A DNA stretch of 64,000 bases from an uncultured Verrucomicrobiae bacterium. Its GTDB lineage: Bacteria; Verrucomicrobiota; Verrucomicrobiia; Limisphaerales; CAVQOW01. Shown here piece after piece: positions 1-11,373 of the stretch (position 1 is its first letter; the number at the start of each line of letters is the position of its first letter). The position numbers and the translations under genes were made by a program. The notes below the pieces were generated by a model. The model searched no databases, was not told the DNA's origin, and saw nothing but the letters and a program-made list of their open reading frames with translations. Where the stretch lies: NCBI GenBank assembly GCA_963714605.1, contig CAVQOW010000010.1, forward strand, positions 55,293 through 119,292, written 5' to 3'.

Positions 1-25
1 CGCAATCAAACTTTCCCCAAGGCTG

Positions 26-631
26 GTGCTTTTGGCGCTGCCGCTGCTGGGTTTAATGGTCTGCCTGGCGGGTTGTGAGCAGCCGAAGCCGGCCACCAAA
101 TCAACGGAGAGCGCGGCGGGAGCGACTCCGTATGCTTCTTCGGCGCTTCAGGAGGGAGACGTCATTCGGGTCAGCTTCGAAGGCAACACCAATTTGAACA
201 CGCTCGCGAAGGTGCAGCTCGACGGCTCGATTAGCATGCCGCTCGTGGGTGATGTCAAGGCCGCCGGCAAAACTTTGCCGGAACTCAAGACCGACCTGAC
301 GACTCGTTATGAACGTCTGCTCAAGGAAAGTGAAATCTCGGTCACGCTCGTTTCCAGTGCCGCGATTGTTTATGTTTCAGGCGCGGTGCTGAAACCGGGC
401 CGCTACCCAATGGATCGCCCGCTCACCGTGTTGGATGCGATCATGGAGGCCGGCGGGTTTGACTATAATCGGGCCAAGCTGAGTGAAGTGACTGTCTACC
501 GGCTGGAGAACGGCGTGCAACAATACTACACCGTGAATTTGAAACGCACCTTGCGGGGCGTTGATTCTTCGCCGTTCTACCTCAAACCGTTCGACACCGT
601 CCGCGTGCCCGAAAAGACATTTAATTTCTAG
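26..631 (+). CDS. polysaccharide export outer-membrane lipoprotein (Wza-like, Poly_export + SLBB)
   Basis: 201-aa ORF; lipobox LAGC after signal peptide; Poly_export-like motifs (GDVIRV...LDGSISMPLVGDV...KPGRYP...AGGF). Confidence 0.7.
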   Translation: MLLALPLLGLMVCLAGCEQPKPATKSTESAAGATPYASSALQEGDVIRVSFEGNTNLNTLAKVQLDGSISMPLVGDVKAAGKTLPELKTDLTTRYERLLKESEISVTLVSSAAIVYVSGAVLKPGRYPMDRPLTVLDAIMEAGGFDYNRAKLSEVTVYRLENGVQQYYTVNLKRTLRGVDSSPFYLKPFDTVRVPEKTFNF

Positions 632-857
632 GCATTGCCGGCGCACGCGCTCAAGAACGCATACCTTTCTCACGCCGGGTTGGTTTGCCGTCTGGTCTGC
701 GAGCTCGCGAAAAACATTTGAAGAACAATGCGTGTGCCTTAAGCTGCAAGGAATGTTTCGCAGCCTGTCAGTCAAATCGTGTGCGCAACCGTGTTGCATG
801 TACATGGTGCCGGTATGCGACGTGTGTTGCGGCGTTTGAGGCACGGATGAAAAAGAA

Positions 858-2870
858 TTGAGTATGAACGACACCCAACAGACCCAAAAGCCGACGGCGC
901 TCATTATAGGGGCCGTCATTATTATTGCAGCCGTGGCGCTGGGACTCGGAATCGCGGCCTGGCGGGTTCACGTCATCAAGGCGGAAGACGAACGCAATTA
1001 TCAGACCGCCCAAGAACTGATTGCAGCCGACCGTCCGATTGAAGCCTTGGCCGTCATTGAGGAGCACAACCGGTCAATCCTGAAGCCAACCGAGGAAAAC
1101 AAAGCCCGCTGGCTCGATCTGGAAATCACGGCGCGCGATCAGACCGGTCAGATATCGTGGCTGCAGGACCTCTATGCGCGATCGCCCAAGTCGTTTGACA
1201 GCCATGAAAACGCTGTGATTCACATCGGTCGCGCGATGCTGCCCGCCGCCGAATTCGACGCGTTTGACAAGCTGCGCGAAGCGTGGCGCAATCGCGGCAC
1301 GAATGCGGTGGGTTGGTTTGAGTTGGACGCGGACGCGCTGGTGTTGAAAGGCAAAAGAGAAGAGGCGAAAAACTTTCTGAATTCCCGCTCGTTTCCCGGC
1401 GCAGCAGACTCCGGGCGGCTTTTACGTCTTGCGTTCTTGGACATGTCCAGCGATCCAACGGCCGCATGGCAGAGTTTGGAACGCGCTGTGGCGGTGGACC
1501 CGCGCAACGCTGAAATTCGGTCCCTCCGGGGACAAATCCTGGAAAATTCCGGCAGGCGGCCTGAGGCCCACGTCGAATTCATGGCGGCATTTCTCACAGA
1601 CACCAACAATCCGGTCTTGCGCGACCAACTCGCCGAGTTTTACCGGCGTGGAGGTAACTTCAATCTCGCCGTGCGGACATGGGCTGGCGGGCTGACCGAC
1701 GGTCCGTCCTCGGGTGTGATCTGGCTCAAGACGTATTTCTGGTCGCATGTCTCCCACACGGTCAACTTCGACTGGCGCTCCGCCCAGCCGCCGGCGGGCA
1801 TTTTGCACCCGTTTGTCAGTTATCTGCTGAATCTCCCGCCAGGAAAATTTTGGGATGAGGCCGCCTTTGAAAAACTCCCCGAGGCGCGCCGCTATGAACA
1901 ACAGTTGCAAGAAACATTTTGGCTCAAACTGCTGTCTGCTCTGAACGACGGCACCGAAGACCAGGCTCTCAACATGCTTCAAACCAACAGCTTCCGCCAG
2001 AATTCGTGGTACTTGGAATTGGAAAGCGTGCTGATGCGGGTGCTGGAATACCGCCGGACCGGCGAAATGAAATTCCCGCCGGGCGTGTCCATCCGGCTGA
2101 GCGATGCCCCACCCAAAACCCGACATCAATTATTCGAGCAGATTGACGAAAGCACGCGTGATCCGAAACAGCCGCTTCCCGCCGACACCGACCGGTTGTT
2201 GCGCAGCAAAGACGCTTTTGCGGCGCTGTTCCTTGCCGCCGACTGGCCCGAGGCCGCGCTGACGCTTCCCCACAGCGAGGTGGTGCCCGAAGATTATCCC
2301 GAGTGGGTTGCGTACGGTTTCACGCAGGCTCATCGGTTTAATCGCGGCGCCCGCGACGCAGTGGCTTTCGCCGCCAAACAGAAGGCATCGCCGAAATTGG
2401 AATTGTTGACCGGCGAAATTCTTTTGTCCGGCGACAACATGGGCGAGGGTCTCATCAAATTAAGTGAACTGGCCAAATCCGATTCGGACCTCGGGGCGCA
2501 GGCGGCACAGATGGTCGCCCAAACTTACGCCCACTTGAAACAATACAACGAGGCGCGGGCGGCAATCGAGGCGCAACCGCGGTTGCGGCAAAGTGTCATC
2601 GGGCAGGAAATGCTTGCCCGCCTCGCATTGTCGCAGGAAGACAAGGCATCGGCTGAAAAGATTTATCAGGCCATTGAAGCGGACTCCGACGAAGCAAAAG
2701 AATTTCTGGCCAAGATTGCCTTCGAGCGGAAGGACTGGCCACGTGCCCGCGCGCTCACAGAACAACTCCTGAAAAAACATCCTGACAGCGGCCAACTTCG
2801 AACCGATCTCGAGCAAATTGCCAGGGCCAGGCGGGTCAATGAGCGGTTGATTTTTACCGACGCCATTTGA
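858..2870 (+). CDS. TPR-repeat protein with N-terminal membrane anchor
   Basis: 670-aa ORF; hydrophobic N-terminus; helical TPR-like repeats throughout; follows the wza-like gene. Confidence 0.55.
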   Translation: MSMNDTQQTQKPTALIIGAVIIIAAVALGLGIAAWRVHVIKAEDERNYQTAQELIAADRPIEALAVIEEHNRSILKPTEENKARWLDLEITARDQTGQISWLQDLYARSPKSFDSHENAVIHIGRAMLPAAEFDAFDKLREAWRNRGTNAVGWFELDADALVLKGKREEAKNFLNSRSFPGAADSGRLLRLAFLDMSSDPTAAWQSLERAVAVDPRNAEIRSLRGQILENSGRRPEAHVEFMAAFLTDTNNPVLRDQLAEFYRRGGNFNLAVRTWAGGLTDGPSSGVIWLKTYFWSHVSHTVNFDWRSAQPPAGILHPFVSYLLNLPPGKFWDEAAFEKLPEARRYEQQLQETFWLKLLSALNDGTEDQALNMLQTNSFRQNSWYLELESVLMRVLEYRRTGEMKFPPGVSIRLSDAPPKTRHQLFEQIDESTRDPKQPLPADTDRLLRSKDAFAALFLAADWPEAALTLPHSEVVPEDYPEWVAYGFTQAHRFNRGARDAVAFAAKQKASPKLELLTGEILLSGDNMGEGLIKLSELAKSDSDLGAQAAQMVAQTYAHLKQYNEARAAIEAQPRLRQSVIGQEMLARLALSQEDKASAEKIYQAIEADSDEAKEFLAKIAFERKDWPRARALTEQLLKKHPDSGQLRTDLEQIARARRVNERLIFTDAI

Positions 2871-3015
2871 ACTTTGAAGCCGTCGAGAGTAAAGTCTCTG
2901 TGCTGATATTTCGCGCTGTGTTGTATGTGAAAAAAGTTTTGTTTCCACTCTTGACGGGGACGGAGGTGCTTTCCATATTTCACGCCCGTTCTCAAAAAGA
3001 GAATCCTAGCGTCCA

Positions 3016-4866
<1,851 letters not shown>

Positions 4867-4957
4867 CGGATTGGCACCAAGCTCAAAACCGCCGTTCCGC
4901 TCGACGGCGAATTCCTGTGCAACAACGACCACTATTCTTCAGGCCAATTATCTTGAA

Positions 4958-6151
4958 ATGAAACTTCGCACCGCCACCGCGTTGCGTTTCGCCGCACGGA
5001 CCGTTTCGCTGGCCGTTTTTTCGTTGTTGCTTGCCTTTACGCTGGCGCGCGGCGAATCCTCCAAGGCCGATTTCGCCTCGCCGCGCTTCTCCATCATCGT
5101 GCCGGGGCTGGAATACGCCCATGTGAGCGATCCTGCCAGGCCTTTGTCCATTCACATCGCCCGGCTTGACCGTGCCCGCCGCGAGTTCGATGTCATTACA
5201 ACTCTCGGCCGGGAAAAAATCCAAGGTCTCAGGACACTCTCGGAGCAGGCTGCATCCGTGTCACCGGCCATCGGGCAGCCGTTGGCCGCCGTGAACGGCA
5301 GTTTTTTCGTCCTTGACCCCGGCCCGTATCAGGGTGTTCCGGGAGGACTGCAGATCTTGAACGGCGGACTTGTCACGGCGCCGGACGGCCATTCGTTTTG
5401 GACCGAACCCGACGGACAACTTCGCATTGACACTGTTTATACCGAGTTCGAAGTCATCTGGCCCGGCGGCGAGAAGACACCAATGGGTCTGAACCAACCG
5501 CCAAAACCTGATGGCGTCACCCTGTTCACGCCCATTTTTGGCGATTCCACCCAGGCGAGCAATTCCATCGAACTCGTGCTCGAAAAAGTCGAGGGTCATA
5601 CATGGTTGCCCTTGCGCCCCAACCAGACCTATCCGGCCCGCGTGCGAGAAATCCGGCCACTGGGCAATACGCCGCTCGCACCTGACATCGCCATCCTCTC
5701 CGGGAACGGCAAAGTGACGAACCTTTTCGCAGTGATCAAACCCGGAGCGATCCTCCAACTATCCACTGGCATGAGCAAAGACCTTGACAGCGCACACAGT
5801 GCCATCGGCGGCAGTGCGCAACTCCTCCACAACGGCACACAGCCCGCTCTCCCGCCTGAGCGAGGCCTTAACGGCCTGCTGTTTCCGCGTAATCCGCGGA
5901 CAGCGTTGGGATTTAATAGCCGCTACTTTTACGTTGTCGTCGTGGATGGCAGGCAGAAAGAGTTGTCCGCCGGGATGAGTCTTGAGGAGTTGGTCGCATT
6001 CATGAAACGCCTTGGCTGCACCGACGCGTTGAATCTCGACGGCGGTGGCTCGACGACATTCTGGCTGAATGGGAAGGTGGTGAATTCGCCTTCGGAACAA
6101 CATGAGCGCCCGATTGCCAACGCAATCGTCATTGTGCGCAAGCCAGAATAG
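4958..6151 (+). CDS. secreted phosphodiester glycosidase family protein (NAGPA-like)
   Basis: ATG at 4958 followed by signal peptide; NGSFF and LDGGGS motifs typical of the family. Confidence 0.55.
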   Translation: MKLRTATALRFAARTVSLAVFSLLLAFTLARGESSKADFASPRFSIIVPGLEYAHVSDPARPLSIHIARLDRARREFDVITTLGREKIQGLRTLSEQAASVSPAIGQPLAAVNGSFFVLDPGPYQGVPGGLQILNGGLVTAPDGHSFWTEPDGQLRIDTVYTEFEVIWPGGEKTPMGLNQPPKPDGVTLFTPIFGDSTQASNSIELVLEKVEGHTWLPLRPNQTYPARVREIRPLGNTPLAPDIAILSGNGKVTNLFAVIKPGAILQLSTGMSKDLDSAHSAIGGSAQLLHNGTQPALPPERGLNGLLFPRNPRTALGFNSRYFYVVVVDGRQKELSAGMSLEELVAFMKRLGCTDALNLDGGGSTTFWLNGKVVNSPSEQHERPIANAIVIVRKPE

Positions 6152-7192
6152 CGGTTCCGGCGCATCCTTCACGAATTGACAGAAGGCCTCTCACACGTCC
6201 AAACTCGCACAGATTTTACGCGTGAAGTCCATCTCGTCCACGCCATCGTTGCATCCATCGAAAAAATGACATGAAATCCGCGGTGTCAGAGCGAATGCGG
6301 CTCAACGTTCGCGTTCGCGGCGCCGTGCAGGGAGTTGGTTTTCGTCCGTTCGTTTTCCGGCTCGCCACCGAACTCGACCTCGCGGGCTGGGTCAACAACT
6401 CGCCACAAGGCGTTTTCATCGAAGTCGAAGGATCGCGCGATGCCATTGAAAAATTCCTCCTCCGGCTTGAAGTCGAAAAACCGCCGCGTAGTTTCATTCA
6501 AAGCCTCGAAGCATCCTGGCTCGATGCTGTTGGCCACGTTCATTTTAAAATCCGCGAAAGCGAAACCGGCGGCGACAAGACCGCGCTCGTGCCGCCGGAC
6601 ATCGCGACCTGCGCCGATTGCTTCCGCGAAATCTTCGATCCAACCAACCGTCGCTATCATTACCCGTTCACGAACTGCACCCATTGCGGCCCGCGTTTCA
6701 GCATCATCGAATCGCTGCCTTATGATCGGGAGAACACCTCGATGAAGGCGTTCACAATGTGCCCGCAATGCCGGGCCGAGTACGACGACCCGGGCGACCG
6801 CCGCTTCCACGCCCAGCCCAACGCCTGTCCTGTTTGCGGCCCGCAGATCGAACTTTGGGATGGTGGTCGCGCTTGTAAAATCGCGGAAAGTGGGGATGCG
6901 ACAGGACGTCCGCGTTCTCACGAGCGCGGCTACGATGCTTTATTGGCAGCAGTGGATGCCATCCGTCGCGGCCAAATCGTCGCGGTGAAGGGCTTGGGCG
7001 GTTTCCATTTGATGGTGGACGCGCGCAACGACGAAGCCGTCCGCCGACTCCGGGAGCGAAAGCACCGCGAAGAAAAACCCTTCGCACTCATGTTTCCGTC
7101 GCTGGAGAGCGTAAAAGCTGACTGTGAAGTTTCGCCGCTGGAAGAACGACTGCTGCGCTCGCCCGAAGCACCGATCGTTCTCCTTTGGCAAG

Positions 7193-7220
7193 TCCGAAAT
7201 CCGAAACCTGAAATCCGAAA
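7193..7220. repeat. (TCCGAAA)x4 heptamer tandem array inside hypF, encoding ...VRNPKPEIRN...
   Basis: direct reading: tccgaaa tccgaaa cctgaaa tccgaaa. Confidence 0.8.
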
Positions 7221-7518
7221 TTCCTGTGCTCCCGGCAACCCATGCCTCGGTGTCATGCTCCCTTACACACCGCTTCATCACCTGCTTCTGGCTGAGCTCG
7301 GATTTCCCATTGTCGCCACCAGCGGCAATCTGAGCGATGAGCCGATTTGCATTGACGAGCGTGAAGCGATCGAACGTCTCGGCGGCTTCGCCGACGTTTT
7401 TCTCGTTCACAACCGTCCCATCGTTCGCCATGTGGACGATTCCGTCGTGCGCGTGATGCTCGGTCGCGAACTGGTTTTGCGTCGGGCGAGAGGGTTTGCC
7501 CCGTTGCCAATTACTTTT

Positions 7519-7553
7519 AAATCGAAAATCGAAAATCGAAAATCGAAAATCGT
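7519..7553. repeat. (AAATCGA)x4 + AAATCGT heptamer tandem array inside hypF, encoding ...FKSKIENRKSKI...
   Basis: direct reading of five 7-nt units. Confidence 0.85.
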
Positions 7554-8312
7554 CTTGGCCGTCGGCGCGCATTTGAAAAACGCCGTTGCCCTCTCGGTCG
7601 GCGACCAGGTTTTCATCAGCCAGCACATCGGCGATTTGGAGACAGAACAGGCATTTGCCGCCTTCCGCCGGGTCATTGCGGATTTTGAAAAACTCTACGG
7701 GGCGAAATCGCGAAATAATCGCTGCTGATTTGCACCCGGATTACCTTTCGACGAAATTGCGAGAGTGGCGCGCGAAGGCAAGAGTACGCATCTTGAGGCC
7801 GGAAACCTGCGCTACATAAGTGTCCAGCACCATATTGCACACGTTCTGTCATGCATGGCGGAAAATGAGTTATCGCCGCCAGCGCTCGGTGTGTCGTGGG
7901 ACGGCACGGGCTACGGCTTGGACGGAACGGTTTGGGGCGGAGAATTTTTTCTTGTCACCGACAAAAGCGTCGAGCGCGTTGCACATTTCCGCCCGTTTCG
8001 GTTGCCTGGCGGAGACAAGGCCGTCAAAGAACCGCGCCGCGCGGCGGCAGGATTGCTTTACGAGATGTTTGGTGCGGCAGTGTTTGAACGAAAAGAGTTA
8101 GCGCCCGTCGCGGCATTTTCGCCCGGTGAACTATCCACACTGAAAGCAATGCTCGCGCGTAATCTTAACTCGCCTTTTTGTTGCAGCGTCGGCCGGTTGT
8201 TTGACGCCGTCGCTTCGCTGACAAATTTCCGCCAGCAAATCCGCTTCGAAGGGCAGGCCGCAATGGAACTGGAGTTCGCGCTGGAGGGAATCGAAACTGA
8301 CGAAGCTTATGA

Positions 8313-8389
8313 ATTGCGGATTGCGGATTGCGGATTGCCGGAATCGTCGCTCGACGGAAATCCGAAATCCGAAATCCGAAATCCGCAAT
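8313..8389. repeat. 77-nt palindromic element: (ATTGCGG)x3 ATTGCCG, 17-nt spacer, (AAATCCG)x4, inside hypF
   Basis: inverted heptamer arrays able to fold as a hairpin; the hypF frame switches from 1 to 0 exactly here (77 mod 3 = 2). Confidence 0.8.
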
Positions 8390-8706
8390 TATCTTGGACT
8401 GGTCGCCGATGATGGAAGCGATGCTGGCCGACATGCAAAGCGGCATTTCCGTCGGCAAATTTCCGCCAAGTTTCACAACGCTTTGGTCGGAAGGCATCAT
8501 CGCCGTCGCCAAACGTGCCGGCCAAACGCGGTGGTGCTTTCAGGCGGCTGTTTTCAGAATCGTTATCTTACTGAGCGCGCGGTGCGACGACTGCAGGTGG
8601 AGGGATTCCGTCCCTATTGGCATCAGCGCGTGCCGCCCAACGACGGCGGCATTGCCTTGGGCCAAGTCATTGCCGCGCGGCGCGAGAAGGGGTAGAATGA
8701 CAAGAC

Positions 8707-8965
8707 ATGTGTCTGGCCATTCCAGGAAAAATTGAAAGCATCAGCGGCGATGAGCCGCTGTCGCGCACGGGCAAGATCAATTTCGGCGGCATCCTCAAGG
8801 AAGCCTGTCTCGCCTACGTGCCCGAAGCGAAGGTCGGCGATTATGTCATCGTCCACGTCGGCTTCGCCCTCAGCCGGGTGGACGAGGACGAGGCGCACAA
8901 GGTTTTCGAGTACTTGAAGGAGATGGAGGAACTCGGCGAGCTGGGAGATGGAATCCGGCCCATGA
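8707..8965 (+). CDS. hypC: hydrogenase maturation factor HypC; runs through into hypD in this sequence, probably a 1-nt indel near its 3' end
   Basis: MCLAIPGKI... N-terminus typical of HypC/HupF; an out-of-frame TGA at 8963-8965 forms a canonical ATGA overlap with the hypD start. Confidence 0.6.
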
Positions 8966-10065
8966 AATATCTCGACGAATATCGCGACGGGGAGCTAGCG
9001 CAACAATTCGCGCGGGAGATCCATCGCGTCACGACCCGGCCGTGGAACATCATGGAAGTCTGCGGCGGCCAGACGCACGCCATCGTCAAGTTCGGCATCG
9101 ATGAATTGCTGCCCAAAGCCATCACGCTGATTCACGGTCCGGGCTGCCCGGTCTGCGTGACGCCGTTGGAAATGATCGACAAGGCGCTGGAGATCGCGGC
9201 GCGGCCCGGCGTGATTTTTGCCTCGTTCGGCGACATGCTGCGCGTGCCCGGCAGCACGACGGATCTGCTTTCGGTCAAAGCCAAGGGCGGCGACGTGCGA
9301 ATCGTTTATTCGCCGCTGGATGCGGTGAAGATGGCGGAACAAAATCCGGCCAAGGAGGTGGTTTTCTTCGGTGTCGGTTTTGAAACCACCGCGCCGGCAA
9401 CCGCGATGGCGGTTTATCAGGCTGCGCAGAAAGGCCTGAAGAATTTTTCGATGCTCATTTCGCACGTGCTCGTGCCGCCGGCGATCGAAGCGCTGATGTC
9501 GTCGCCGAACTGCAAGGTGCAGGGATTTCTTGCCGCCGGGCACGTCTGTGCCGTGATGGGCTACGAGGAATACCCGCCCATTGCGGCGAAATATCACGTA
9601 CCGATTGTCGTCACCGGTTTCGAGCCACTCGATATTTTGCAGGGCGTGCTGATGGTGGTGCAGCAACTGGAATCCGGCCGGGCCGAGGTTGAAAATCAAT
9701 ACACCCGCGCCGTGCGCCGCGAAGGCAACCAGCCGGCGCAGGAGCTGATCCGCAAGGTTTTCAAGGTCGTGCCCCGCAAGTGGCGCGGCGTCGGCGAAAT
9801 TCCGCAGAGCGGCCTCGGTTTGAACGACGCCTATGCCGCGTTCGACGCCGAAAAAAAATTCGGCCTGGCCGACCATCACGTTGACGAACCGGCCGAATGC
9901 CTCAGCGGCCTGGTTTTGCAGGGACAAATCAAACCGCACGAATGCCCGGCCTTCGGCACGCGCTGCACGCCGGAGCATCCACTCGGCGCGACGATGGTGT
10001 CATCCGAAGGCGCGTGTGCGGCGTATTACCGCTACCGGAGGCAACCGGCTGAAGCTGGAAAATGA
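8962..10065 (+). CDS. hypD: hydrogenase maturation factor HypD
   Basis: MKYLDEYRD... start; GPGCPVCV and other conserved HypD Cys motifs. Confidence 0.85.
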   Translation: MKYLDEYRDGELAQQFAREIHRVTTRPWNIMEVCGGQTHAIVKFGIDELLPKAITLIHGPGCPVCVTPLEMIDKALEIAARPGVIFASFGDMLRVPGSTTDLLSVKAKGGDVRIVYSPLDAVKMAEQNPAKEVVFFGVGFETTAPATAMAVYQAAQKGLKNFSMLISHVLVPPAIEALMSSPNCKVQGFLAAGHVCAVMGYEEYPPIAAKYHVPIVVTGFEPLDILQGVLMVVQQLESGRAEVENQYTRAVRREGNQPAQELIRKVFKVVPRKWRGVGEIPQSGLGLNDAYAAFDAEKKFGLADHHVDEPAECLSGLVLQGQIKPHECPAFGTRCTPEHPLGATMVSSEGACAAYYRYRRQPAEAGK

Positions 10066-10079
10066 ATTATTTATGCGGG

Positions 10080-10181
10080 AACATCGAACATTGAACATCG
10101 AACATCGAACATCCAATTTCATTTGGATGGTCGGGGACAAGACATTCGATGTTGGGCGTTGGGCGTTGGATGTTGGATGTT
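10080..10181. repeat. about 100-nt palindromic element between hypD and hypE: (AACATCG)x4 AACATCC, 32-nt spacer, CGATGTT (GGGCGTT)x2 (GGATGTT)x2
   Basis: inverted heptamer arrays read directly; located in the 130-nt hypD-hypE spacer. Confidence 0.8.
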
Positions 10182-10197
10182 TTCATTTTTGAATCTT

Positions 10198-11241
10198 ATG
10201 GAATTCAATTCCACCTGCCCCATTCCCATCTCGCAATACCCGCACGTTCTGATGGCGCACGGCGGCGGCGGCAAGCTGATGCACCAGCTCATCGGCAAAA
10301 TGTTTCTGTCGGCATTCAACAACCCGCTGCTGGAAACGCAGCATGATTCGGCTGTGGTCGAATGGACCGGCAAAAAACTGGCTTTCACGACCGATTCCTA
10401 CGTTGTGCGCCCGATTTTTTTTCCTGGCGGCGACATCGGTTCGATGGCCGTCCACGGCACGGTGAACGACCTCGCCATGAGCGGCGCGCGGCCGCTTTAC
10501 CTCAGCAGCGCGTTCATTCTGGAGGAGGGTCTGCCGATGGAAACGCTCTGGCGGGTTGTCTGCTCGATGCGCGACGCGGCCCAGCGTTGCGGTGTGCAAA
10601 TCATCACCGGCGACACCAAGGTCGTGGACAAAGGCAAGGGCGACGGCCTGTTCATCAACACCGCCGGCATCGGTGTGATTGAACACCCGCTCACCATCGG
10701 GCCAAAAAGCGTCCAGCCTGGCGATGCCGTGCTCGTAAGCGGCGATTTGGGCCGGCACGGCATGGCGATCATGGCCGTGCGGGAAGGGCTGCAATTCGAA
10801 AGCGCCATCGAAAGTGACTCCGCGCCGGTGGCGGATTTGATTTTGGAACTGCTCCGCGCCGGAATCGAAATCCACTGTCTGCGCGACCTGACCCGCGGCG
10901 GCCTGGCCAGCGCGCTGAACGAAATTGCTGAAGACGCCGGCGTCCGCATCGCCGTCGATGAAAAATTGATTCCTGTGCGCGAAGACGTTCACGCCGCGTG
11001 CGAGATGCTCGGCCTTGATCCGCTGCACGTGGCCTGCGAAGGCCGGTTTGTGATGTTTGTCGCGGTGAAAGATGCGGAACGCGCCCTGCAAATCATGCGT
11101 GGGCACGAGTTGGGCGTGGCTGCGGCGTTGATTGGCAAAGTCGGCGAACATTCCTCGCCGCTCGTCACGTTGAAAAGTGCGATAGGTGCGAGCCGGATTC
11201 TTGACATGCCAAGCGGCGAGCAGTTGCCGAGGATTTGTTAA
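10198..11241 (+). CDS. hypE: hydrogenase maturation factor HypE
   Basis: AIR-synthase-like fold motifs and C-terminal ...PRIC typical of HypE. Confidence 0.85.
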   Translation: MEFNSTCPIPISQYPHVLMAHGGGGKLMHQLIGKMFLSAFNNPLLETQHDSAVVEWTGKKLAFTTDSYVVRPIFFPGGDIGSMAVHGTVNDLAMSGARPLYLSSAFILEEGLPMETLWRVVCSMRDAAQRCGVQIITGDTKVVDKGKGDGLFINTAGIGVIEHPLTIGPKSVQPGDAVLVSGDLGRHGMAIMAVREGLQFESAIESDSAPVADLILELLRAGIEIHCLRDLTRGGLASALNEIAEDAGVRIAVDEKLIPVREDVHAACEMLGLDPLHVACEGRFVMFVAVKDAERALQIMRGHELGVAAALIGKVGEHSSPLVTLKSAIGASRILDMPSGEQLPRIC

Positions 11242-11276
11242 GGACGGGCAGCGCGCACAATGAGGGGTAATTGACA

Positions 11277-11320
11277 ACAAACCGCTCTTCCCGCATTGGC
11301 GGGACAGAGCGGCTTTGTTG
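11277..11320. terminator. long near-perfect hairpin between convergent hypE and ppdK; candidate bidirectional terminator
   Basis: caaaccgctcttcccgcattggcgggacagagcggctttgttg; second small hairpin gtcgaggctgcggctcgac follows. Confidence 0.5.
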
Positions 11321-11373
11321 TAGTGTCGAGGCTGCGGCTCGACACGCATTCGACCGCAGGCCGAATGCTAAAC

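Larger units (their letters stand above)
6271..8695 (+). pseudogene. hypF: [NiFe]-hydrogenase maturation carbamoyltransferase HypF; 5-6 frame changes and three heptamer-repeat arrays inside the coding sequence
   Basis: Acylphosphatase domain, two Cys4 zinc fingers, YrdC-like and Kae1-like C-terminal parts recognisable across frames 1/2/1/0/2/0/2 (breaks near 7710, 7790, 8395, 8455, 8480, 8530). Confidence 0.8.

Noticed and set aside
6271-11241. Structural [NiFe]-hydrogenase genes next to hypFCDE
   Set aside because: None in this window; flanking genes are unrelated, so the structural genes must be elsewhere if present.
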